From a bacterium (GTDB taxonomy: Bacteria; SAR324; NAC60-12), in NCBI GenBank assembly GCA_965205865.1, contig CBDBHR010000029.1, forward strand, positions 416,001-480,000: a stretch of 64,000 bases of DNA, in the 5' to 3' direction. Numbering within the stretch: the first letter of the stretch is position 1; each line of letters opens with the position of its first letter. The notes below the pieces were generated by a model, which saw only the letters and a program-made list of their open reading frames with translations, ran no database searches and was not told where the DNA came from. Position numbers and translations under genes: made by a program. Shown one piece after another: positions 1 through 7,464 of this stretch.

Positions 1-897
1 GTCAGTGAGGGCATCCACCATGAGACGACCTAGCCCCGGCAGCATAAAGACGTTCTCCATGATCACGGCGCCCCCGACCACGATCGGCAACTGCATGCCG
101 ATCAGGGAGACCACCGGGATGAGGGCATTTTTGATGGTGTGTCGGATAATCACGACCCGCTCCTTGAGACCCTTGGACCAGGCCGTCCTGATATAGTCCT
201 GCCGGAGCACCTCCAGCATCATGGTGCGCGTCATCCGCATGGTGGCGGCTGACGAGGCCGTCCCCAGAATCAGGCTGGGAATGAGGAGCATGCCGAGATT
301 CCCCAGCGGGTCTTCGGTGAAAGGAACCCACTCCATCGGTGGCGACCATCTCCACCAGATGGCCGGGTAGATCATGACCATCAGTCCCAGCCAGAAGTTA
401 GGCGTGGCCAGGCCGAGGATGGCGATGGAGCGCCCCACATAGTCAGCGGCAGTATCCTGGCGAATCGCCGAGTAGATGCCGACTGGCAGGGCGATCAAGA
501 CCCCGATTACGATTGCCATGACACCAAGCTCAATGGTGACCGGCAATCTCTCTATTATCTTCTCCTCTACCGTCCAAAGGCCGCCCATCAGTGAGTCGCC
601 CAGGGTGCCCTGGAGGAGACCTTTCAAGTGGGACTCACCGCTAACCCAGTCAGGGGTCGGCAACACTCCTATCCAGCGTCCATACTGCACCCAGACCGGC
701 ACGTCCAGTCCCAGCAAACGCTCCAGAGCTTCACGGTCAATCTTGCCACCAAATCCCGAATCCGGACCTAAATTTCTGGCCACCATCAGGTCTATTACAT
801 CGCCCGGGATGAAGCGCACCGAGAGGAAGACCAGGATGGTCAAGATAAACAGGGTGGGAATGATCAGCAATACCCGCCTGATGAGATAGGCTTTCAT
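1..897 (-). CDS. Peptide/nickel ABC transporter permease (DppB/OppB-like), locus 1; runs off the left edge
   Basis: ATG at 897 with GGAGG RBS; reads MKAYLIRRVLLIIPTLFILTILVFLSVRFIPGD... and MRMTRTMMLEVLRQDYIRTAWSKGL (EAA-type loop); paralog of 6408..7370 and 60538..61551. Confidence 0.9.
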   Translation of the reverse strand, partial: MKAYLIRRVLLIIPTLFILTILVFLSVRFIPGDVIDLMVARNLGPDSGFGGKIDREALERLLGLDVPVWVQYGRWIGVLPTPDWVSGESHLKGLLQGTLGDSLMGGLWTVEEKIIERLPVTIELGVMAIVIGVLIALPVGIYSAIRQDTAADYVGRSIAILGLATPNFWLGLMVMIYPAIWWRWSPPMEWVPFTEDPLGNLGMLLIPSLILGTASSAATMRMTRTMMLEVLRQDYIRTAWSKGLKERVVIIRHTIKNALIPVVSLIGMQLPIVVGGAVIMENVFMLPGLGRLMVDALTD

Positions 898-912
898 GTG
901 ACACACCTCCTT

Positions 913-996
913 GTCATTGCGAGCCCCGATTTATCGGGGCGTGGCAATCTCGTTGCTCCACCAGATTGCTTCGTCGCTAACGCTCCTCGCAATGAC
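913..996. repeat. REP/RPE-like palindromic element between SBP1 and permease
   Basis: GTCATTGCGAG...GGCAATCT...AGATTGCT...CTCGCAATGAC nested inverted repeats. Confidence 0.75.
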
Positions 997-1026
997 AAAC
1001 TATGCACGAACTTTTGCCCTACGTTA

Positions 1027-2895
1027 CTAAAACCCCATTTCTTCCTTCAGATCCTGGTCAATCCAAAGGTGGATCAAGACGCTAACCATATTCGTAGTAT
1101 CCATGTCCATTTCACCGTTAAAACCTTTGAGCCACGGCTGGTTCAAGTTATATACTGGAGCGATAGGAGTCCATATATTCTTGTGCTGCTTTATTATGAG
1201 CATATCTGCCTCGATACCCGGTCTCTTCTGCTCCTCCTCGGTGGTAGCGGCTAAAAAGGCCTCATAGACGGCGTCCATCTCAGGGGTCTCGATTGTGCCC
1301 CCCCATTCGCGTTGAAATAGGTTCTCACTGCGATACCAGTCTGCCCACGCTGAAGGGGTGCGATTAAAGCCCAGGTCGCCAGAGGCCATCTCATAATTAT
1401 GGTCTGATACAAGACCGACCCAAGTAGCCGTGTCAACAATATTAATCGTTACCTCAACGCCAATCTCAGCCCAGTAGCCGGCAGCTATTTCTGCATAGCC
1501 CAAATCATAGTTGGGATGGCGGTGGTGATGGGTGACCTTGAATCGAACGCCGTCCGCGCCGCGCGGATATCCAGCCTCATCAAGGAGCTTCTCAGCACCT
1601 TCCGGGTCATACCTGTAGTATTGCTTGACCTCTTCGGGCCACTCTTCAAATGGGGTGTACCACCCCGGGAAGGCAAACCCTATATGCCCCATGGGTACCC
1701 ACTTTGCGAAACCGCCAAAGTAGGTATTGTTAATCGTCTCGAGGTCGATTGCCATCTGCAGTGCGTGGCGCACCCTGACGTCGTCAAAGGGCGGCTTGCG
1801 GTGATTCAGAAGAAAAGTCCCGAGCGCCCGAAAGAAACCAGCGGTCACCTGGACTTCGGGGTTGGTCCGCTGGAGGCTCGTTACTAAGTCGCGGTTCACT
1901 AGAGTAGTGCCGCCGCCGGCGGCATGTACTATATCAACCTTACCCGTGCGTAGTGCCGATACACGTGCTGCTTCTTCTGGCATATACAGGCCCCTTATCT
2001 CGTCAATATAGGGCAGGCGGTTCTCGGGGTATTTTGGGTCGTAGCCCCAGTAGTCAGGATTCTTGACATAGGTTTTCGAGACGTCTTCGACATAGTCAGT
2101 CATCATCAGGGGTCCGGTGCCGACCACGTTCCGCCAATCGTTGTAGTCGCCGTATTGCTCGATTACCTCGGGGGGTAATATCCAAAAATTAGAGTCGGCG
2201 AAGATAACCGCCAGCGCACTGAGGTATGGCTCCTTCAGCTTGATAACAACCGTATATTTGTCGGTGGCCTCTATCGATTCCCATGGCAGGTAGTAAGCCG
2301 GGCCTGGCTGCTGGGGACGTTCGGTGAACTTGCCCAGACCCAACATACGGTGAAAGGTGTATTCGACATCCTCGGCAGTTAGCTCCCGACCGTTCATCGG
2401 TGGCTTATTCTGCCAGTGAACGCCCTTGCGGATGTGGAAGATGATAGTTGTATCGTCGGGCTGCTCCCAGCTTTCCGCCAGCCCCCCTGTAAGGGCAGGT
2501 CCTCTATAGGGGAACCAGGTTGAAAAGTCCCATACGTCCCTATCTATTCCCCAGTCCGCCCAGGCGAGCTTCTCCTGAACGGCAATGATTTGGAACGTCG
2601 CATAGCCGCCAGTAAAGGGGTCAGTAGTATCGCCCTTTGATACGTAGGGAAAGGTGATTGTCCCGCCGTACTCGGGTGCGCTCACCATCACACCAGTGGT
2701 GGGATCTGTGACCATCTTTTTCTCGGCAGCCACGGCCGGGCTGCCCAAGAAAACTGCCACCCCCATGATGAAGGCCAGCAGGGTTGCAATGAATTTTGAA
2801 ATACTCCATTGATTATCCGTCTTTTCCCTTTCGATTTGATGTTTAAAACTAAGGATTGATTTGAAACATGCGTTCATTCGTTTTTTTAAAGACAT
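1027..2895 (-). CDS. ABC transporter substrate-binding protein, family 5 (SBP1)
   Basis: LAESWEQPDDTTIIFHIRKGVHW, VVGTGP, PFDDVRVRHAL motifs; signal peptide ending SPAVAAE; start set at ATG 2895 (AAAGGAGG RBS), in-frame alternative at 2964. Confidence 0.9.
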   Translation of the reverse strand: MSLKKRMNACFKSILSFKHQIEREKTDNQWSISKFIATLLAFIMGVAVFLGSPAVAAEKKMVTDPTTGVMVSAPEYGGTITFPYVSKGDTTDPFTGGYATFQIIAVQEKLAWADWGIDRDVWDFSTWFPYRGPALTGGLAESWEQPDDTTIIFHIRKGVHWQNKPPMNGRELTAEDVEYTFHRMLGLGKFTERPQQPGPAYYLPWESIEATDKYTVVIKLKEPYLSALAVIFADSNFWILPPEVIEQYGDYNDWRNVVGTGPLMMTDYVEDVSKTYVKNPDYWGYDPKYPENRLPYIDEIRGLYMPEEAARVSALRTGKVDIVHAAGGGTTLVNRDLVTSLQRTNPEVQVTAGFFRALGTFLLNHRKPPFDDVRVRHALQMAIDLETINNTYFGGFAKWVPMGHIGFAFPGWYTPFEEWPEEVKQYYRYDPEGAEKLLDEAGYPRGADGVRFKVTHHHRHPNYDLGYAEIAAGYWAEIGVEVTINIVDTATWVGLVSDHNYEMASGDLGFNRTPSAWADWYRSENLFQREWGGTIETPEMDAVYEAFLAATTEEEQKRPGIEADMLIIKQHKNIWTPIAPVYNLNQPWLKGFNGEMDMDTTNMVSVLIHLWIDQDLKEEMGF

Positions 2896-2930
2896 ACGTC
2901 CTCCTTTATTTTTATTTAGATTGAAAGAAT

Positions 2931-3058
2931 AAAAATTCATTTTCTGCTTACGTGATTTCAACATAGGGTTCTCCTTATAAAAAATGTAGGAAAAAAATTC
3001 ATTTTCTGCTTACGTGATTTCAACATGTTGTTCTCCTTATAAAAAATGTAGGAAAAAA
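2931..3058. repeat. 62-bp tandem duplication containing an RBS-ATG unit
   Basis: AAAAATTCATTTTCTGCTTACGTGATTTCAACAT...TTCTCCTTATAAAAAATGTAGGAAAAAA twice at period 62. Confidence 0.9.
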
Positions 3059-3220
3059 GGACGCACTCAGGCGTCGATGATTTTCCAAATTCCCCATTGC
3101 CCTTCTGTTACTGGAACGGGGAACGAGTGATCTTAAGGATCTCTCCCTGATGTCGAGATAATATAAGGGGGTAGAACTTGGGATTGGGGACTTGTGACTT
3201 GTTGCTTGGAACTTATTACT

Positions 3221-3328
3221 GGGAACTGGGAACTGGGAACTGGGAACTGGGAACTGGGAACTGGGAACTGGGAACTGGGAATTGGGAATTGGGAATTGGG
3301 AATTGGGAATTGGGAATTGGGAATTGGG
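3221..3328. repeat. Heptamer tandem array, 8x GGGAACT + 7x GGGAATT
   Basis: Counted directly. Confidence 0.97.
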
Positions 3329-3334
3329 TGTTTG

Positions 3335-3493
3335 ATCTTACTCTCATATCTACCTTATTGTCAATAATTTTTTATAATTGAAACGGGTTAATTCCAGACT
3401 TTCATGTCATCCTGAGCAAAGCGAAGGGTCTCATTATTGCCCTTCTGTCTCTGGAATAAAATATTGTATAATTGCTCTGCAAATGTTTGTCAA
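3335..3493 (-). promoter_or_regulatory. Two tandem sigma70-like promoters upstream of SBP1
   Basis: Minus strand TTGACA-N17-TATACA(AT) (3493..3465) and TTGACA-N18-TAAGAT (3364..3335); conserved in the leaders of loci 2 and 5. Confidence 0.6.
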
Positions 3494-3564
3494 GCATTTA
3501 AGGCTATCTGTTCTCAGCTAACCGTTTTCACTGACAAAAAAACGGTATATCAATATGATTCAAA

Positions 3565-3793
3565 AACTGGTAGCTGACAGCAGACGGCTAAAAGCCATTT
3601 CGCGACAGCGACTATTTAAGGAATATATTTTATTCTAGCAATAAATCAACTTTTTTTAATCAATATCCGATTTATTTAAATTATTCCCTAACTGATAGCT
3701 GACAGCAGACGGCTAGAAGCCATTTCGCGACAGCGACTATTTGAGGAATATATTTTATTCTAGAAATAAATCAACTTTTTTTAATCAATATCT
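3565..3793. repeat. About 105-bp direct repeat, period 125 bp
   Basis: TAGCTGACAGCAGACGGCTA.AAGCCATTTCGCGACAGCGACTATTT...TCAACTTTTTTTAATCAATATC at 3571 and 3696. Confidence 0.9.
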
Positions 3794-4015
3794 GAAAACA
3801 GCATTTTGATGCTCATTCTCACTCAAACATCCATGGATTTGATGATCAAAATCCGATTTCAGAATGATTGCCTTTCTCAGGCAAAAAAATCATCTTGAAA
3901 ATCTGATCTTTTTTCAGAATCGATCAATTTAGCTTTAACTCTTTACAAAACTCATAATACACAGTAAAATTAAAATCATGTGTATTTAGCTATTCATACT
4001 AAAGAGGAGAATATT

Positions 4016-4222
4016 ATGAAACGAACCAATATAGTGATAGATGAAAATTTAATTGAAAAAGGGCTTGAAGTTACAGGATTATCAACTCGCCGTGCGTTAG
4101 TGGATCATGCTTTACGTGAACTATTAAGGAGAGAATCTCAAAAGAGAATTTTGGAACTGAAAGGTCAAATAAAGTGGGAAGGAGACCTTGATGCTATGCG
4201 TCAAACGAGGTTTCCAGAATGA
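4016..4222 (+). CDS. vapB: VapB-family antitoxin
   Basis: MKRTNIVIDENLIEKGLEVTGLSTRRALVDHALRELL...WEGDLDAMR; GAGGAG RBS; ATGA overlap with the PIN gene. Confidence 0.85.
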   Translation: MKRTNIVIDENLIEKGLEVTGLSTRRALVDHALRELLRRESQKRILELKGQIKWEGDLDAMRQTRFPE

Positions 4223-4674
4223 TATTAGTCGATACATCCGTGTGGATTGATCTGTTTTCCGGACAAGATACTCCGCATGTTTTAAAACTTGAATCACTAA
4301 TTGAAAATCAAGAAGACCTATGTACTTGTGGCGTCATTATGACAGAAGTATTGCAAGGAATTTGTAATGATCAAGAGTATAGCAAAACACAATTTATCCT
4401 TTCTGGCCTCATTTACTTACCAATGAATCAATCAATATTTGTTCAGTCAGCTAAAATCTACAGAGAATTACGGAAAAAAGGAATTACTATTAGAAAACCA
4501 ATTGATTGTATGATTGCATCTGTTTGCTTGGATCATGAAGCACAACTTTTACATAATGATAGAGATTTTAAATTCATTGCAAACTTATTTCCTCTACAAT
4601 TCACTCATACCACAGAAGGTTATCATGCCATCAATATCGATGTTTTATGGGATAATTGTCTACCTGTACTTTAA
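4219..4674 (+). CDS. vapC: PIN-domain VapC toxin
   Basis: MILVDTSVWID...EVLQG...IDCMIAS...LLHNDRDF acidic PIN motifs. Confidence 0.9.
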   Translation: MILVDTSVWIDLFSGQDTPHVLKLESLIENQEDLCTCGVIMTEVLQGICNDQEYSKTQFILSGLIYLPMNQSIFVQSAKIYRELRKKGITIRKPIDCMIASVCLDHEAQLLHNDRDFKFIANLFPLQFTHTTEGYHAINIDVLWDNCLPVL

Positions 4675-4894
4675 AGACAATAAACAACACGGGGTTCCTC
4701 ACATTCATGCAAAATATCAGGGGCAAGAAATCGTTATTGCCATTCCTGAAGGTGATATTCTGGAAGGAAGAATTCCAAAACCAAAATTGAAACTTCTTCA
4801 AGCATGGGTCGAAATTCATAGAGATGAATTAGTAGCAGATTGGGAAATAGCTGTTTCAGGACAGCAACCATATAAAATTGAACCTTTGAGGTAA
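4625..4894 (+). CDS. DUF4160-family protein (putative toxin)
   Basis: MPSISMFYGIIVYLYF...HGVPHIHAKY...WVEIHRDELVADW...KIEPL; start moved to ATG 4625. Confidence 0.85.
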   Translation: MPSISMFYGIIVYLYFKDNKQHGVPHIHAKYQGQEIVIAIPEGDILEGRIPKPKLKLLQAWVEIHRDELVADWEIAVSGQQPYKIEPLR

Positions 4895-4896
4895 TC

Positions 4897-5151
4897 ATGA
4901 ATCCAAGAGTGACAGCAGTGACAGCACTGCCGGGTTTTAAATTAGGACTTATTTTTTCAAATGGAGAAGAGGGAATTTATGACTGTTCTGAACTTCTTGA
5001 TTTTGGTGTTTTTAAAGAATTGAAAGATGAAACCTTTTTTAAACAAGTAAAAGTTTGGGATGGTACAATTGTATGGCCTCATGAACAGGATATTTGTCCT
5101 GATACTCTCTACTTAGACTCTAAGAAGATAAATACTGAATCGGGTAAGTGA
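4897..5151 (+). CDS. DUF2442-family protein (putative antitoxin partner)
   Basis: VTAVTALPGFKLGLIFSNGEEGIYD...FKELKD..FF.QV..GTIVWP..QDICPDTLY; directly follows DUF4160. Confidence 0.85.
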   Translation: MNPRVTAVTALPGFKLGLIFSNGEEGIYDCSELLDFGVFKELKDETFFKQVKVWDGTIVWPHEQDICPDTLYLDSKKINTESGK

Positions 5152-5326
5152 GGGATACTCTCCCTCACTCCCCACAACACCCGGCATGCTTGCGAGGCCC
5201 GGCGGCTCCGCAAAGGGCGTTTCATCAACCGGAATGAATAGCCACCCAAATGTCTCTGGGAGAGATGAGTCCTTTAGCAGCGAGATATTCATTTGATAAT
5301 CCAAGTTGGATCCCGAGGGTTTTTTT
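5139..5326 (-). mobile_element. 3' remnant of a group II intron (class IIC-like): RT/maturase C-terminus plus domains V-VI
   Basis: Minus strand KTLGIQLGLSNEYLAAKGLISPRDIWVAIHSG* then GAGCCGCCGGG...CATGCCGGGTGTTGTGGGGAGTGAGGGAGAGTATCCCTCACTTACCCGAT. Confidence 0.75.
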
Positions 5327-5473
5327 GTGGCTGATGGTGGATTCGTTTGACTCTAATCAGGTGCCTGGTGAGGCAGCTATCATTTTTGACTATCAGACGG
5401 TGTAAAACATGAAGACTGAGTGTTTGCCATGACTTTCCATCAGCAAGCGAGGATTTTTACAATTTCTATGCGC

Positions 5474-6415
5474 TTACCCGTTGAAAGGGTTGATCAGTCG
5501 GGCCAGGGGGCCTCATTTGCGTTTGACCTTCGCGGTGCCGTAACTGCCCTCACCGCCCCGCAGCCTCGGGTCGAGCAGATCCCTGACGGCATCGCCGAAC
5601 ATGTTGAGACTATAGACGACGATTGTCAGGCAAAGTCCCGGCCAGAGTGCCAGCCGGGGTGCCATCTCCATGAACTCCCGCCCTTCCCGGCTGAGCATCC
5701 CTCCCCAGCTCGGCACCTTGAGGGGCAGCCCGAATCCCAGGAAACTGAGCGACGCCTCGCTGATAATCACCGCCCCGATGTTGATGGAAAAGATGATGAT
5801 GATCGGCGGCACAATATTGGGCAGCACATGGCGCATCAGAATTCTCCCTTTCGAGCAGCCAATCGCCAACGCGGCCTCAAAATAGACATTCTCTTTGATG
5901 CCAATCACGGCGCCCCGGACCACTCGGGAGCTGCCGATGCCGCCAGCGATCCCCAGGACCACGATGATCTGAGGGAGCCCCCGTCCGGCAATGGACATGA
6001 TGGTTAACAACAAAAGCAGCCCCGGGAAGGCCATCCAGGCATCGACAAAGCGCTGCGCAGCCAGGTCCACTTTTCCTCCCAGGAATCCGGAAATGCTGCC
6101 GATCAGGATGGCGAGGAGCACATTGAGCGCGGTCGCGGCCAGACCGACCGTTAAGGAAATTTGAGCCCCTTAGAGCAGACGGCTGAGGAGGTCTCGCCCC
6201 AACTGGTCGGTCCCCAGCAGATACTTCTCGGAGGGCTCCTGCATCCGGTCAAAGATACTGACTTTATCATAGGGAAGCGGCGCCAGCACATCGGCAAAGA
6301 TCGCCAAAAAAATAAAGATCAAGACGATGATCCCGCCGAACATCCCCAGCGGTTTCTCCTTGACCAACCTGATGAAGAAATTCGCCAATACGTTACGTCG
6401 CTTGGGCTCACTCAT
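5474..6415 (-). pseudogene. DppC/OppC-like permease with two in-frame stop codons
   Basis: LGTDQLGRDLLSRLL*GAQISL (TAA at 6170-6172) and KRK*GPLARLINPFNG* (TGA at 5513-5515); intact paralog 61544..62503 reads through both positions. Confidence 0.85.
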
Positions 6416-7370
6416 ACCGCACTCTCGGGTCCAAATAGGGATAAATCAGGTCGATCAGGAGATTGAGCCCGACCACCCCGGTGGCGAAAAACAGGTTGAT
6501 GCCGGAGATCATCGGGTAGTCTCTGTTATTGAGGGCAGTGAGCAAGAGACGACCGATCCCTGGCAGGTTGAAGATGTTCTCCATGATCACGGAGCCCCCC
6601 ACCAGGATCGGCAACTGCAGGCCGATCAGGGAGACGACCGGGATGAGGGCATTTTTGATGACGTGTCGGATAATCACGATCCGCTCCTGGAGCCCCTTGG
6701 ACCAGGCGGTGCGGATATAGTCCTGCCGGAGCACCTCGAGCATCATGGTGCGCATCATGCGCATGGTGGCGGCCGCTGAAGCTGTCCCCAGAATCAGGCT
6801 GGGGATCAGGAACATCTGAAGGTTGCCTAGCGGGTCCTCTGTGAAATGAATCAATTCCAGCGGCGGCGACCAGCCCCACCAGATGGCCGGGTAGATCATC
6901 ACCATCACACCCAGCCAGAAGTTCGGGGTGGCCAGGCCGATGATGGCCACGGAGCGCCCCGCGTAATCGGCAGCGGTATCCTGGCGAATCGCCGAGTAGA
7001 TGCCCACCGGCAGCGCGATCACCAGCCCGATGAAGATGGCCATGACCCCGAGTTCAATGGTGACCGGCAGTCTCTCCAGGATCGCCTCCCCGATCGATTC
7101 ACCGCTCAGCAGGGATACGCCAAGGTTGCCGTGCCGGAGAATCTCGCCGATCCAGCGTCCATACTGCACGTAGGCCGGCACGTCCAGTCCCAGCTGACGC
7201 GCAAGCGCTTCACGGTCAATCTCCCCACTGGCCACGGACATTTCCATCCTGCCTTGGATGACATCTATGACATCGCCTGGGATGAAGCGCACCGAGAGGA
7301 AAACCAGGATGCTCAAGATAAACAGAGTGGGGAGGATCAGCAATAACCGCCTGATGATATAGACTCTCAT
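6408..7370 (-). CDS. DppB/OppB-like permease, locus 2
   Basis: MRVYIIRRLLLILPTLF...DYIRTAWSKGL...YLDPRVRYE. Confidence 0.92.
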   Translation of the reverse strand: MRVYIIRRLLLILPTLFILSILVFLSVRFIPGDVIDVIQGRMEMSVASGEIDREALARQLGLDVPAYVQYGRWIGEILRHGNLGVSLLSGESIGEAILERLPVTIELGVMAIFIGLVIALPVGIYSAIRQDTAADYAGRSVAIIGLATPNFWLGVMVMIYPAIWWGWSPPLELIHFTEDPLGNLQMFLIPSLILGTASAAATMRMMRTMMLEVLRQDYIRTAWSKGLQERIVIIRHVIKNALIPVVSLIGLQLPILVGGSVIMENIFNLPGIGRLLLTALNNRDYPMISGINLFFATGVVGLNLLIDLIYPYLDPRVRYE

Positions 7371-7409
7371 GTGCCACACCTCATATCATTCCCTACCTAA
7401 CCCCTTTGT

Positions 7410-7439
7410 ATCGTTCCCACGCAGAAGCGTGGGAACGAT
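7410..7439. repeat. REP-like palindrome
   Basis: ATCGTTCCCACGC-AGAA-GCGTGGGAACGAT perfect 13-bp stem. Confidence 0.8.
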
Positions 7440-7464
7440 TTCTTGGTCATTAGGTCTGAAATCC

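Noticed and set aside
3221-3328. Heptamer arrays as CRISPR
   Set aside because: Contiguous 7-mers with no spacers and no cas genes in the window
3178-3381. ORFs reading WELGTGN / SSQFPVP repeats (also 9548..9751, 57709..57909)
   Set aside because: Translations of the heptamer arrays; no RBS support, and the three are not on a consistent strand relative to the SBP genes
5139-5326. Diversity-generating retroelement driving SBP variation
   Set aside because: Only a group II intron C-terminal remnant is present; no intact RT and no template/variable repeat pair with adenine-specific differences was seen
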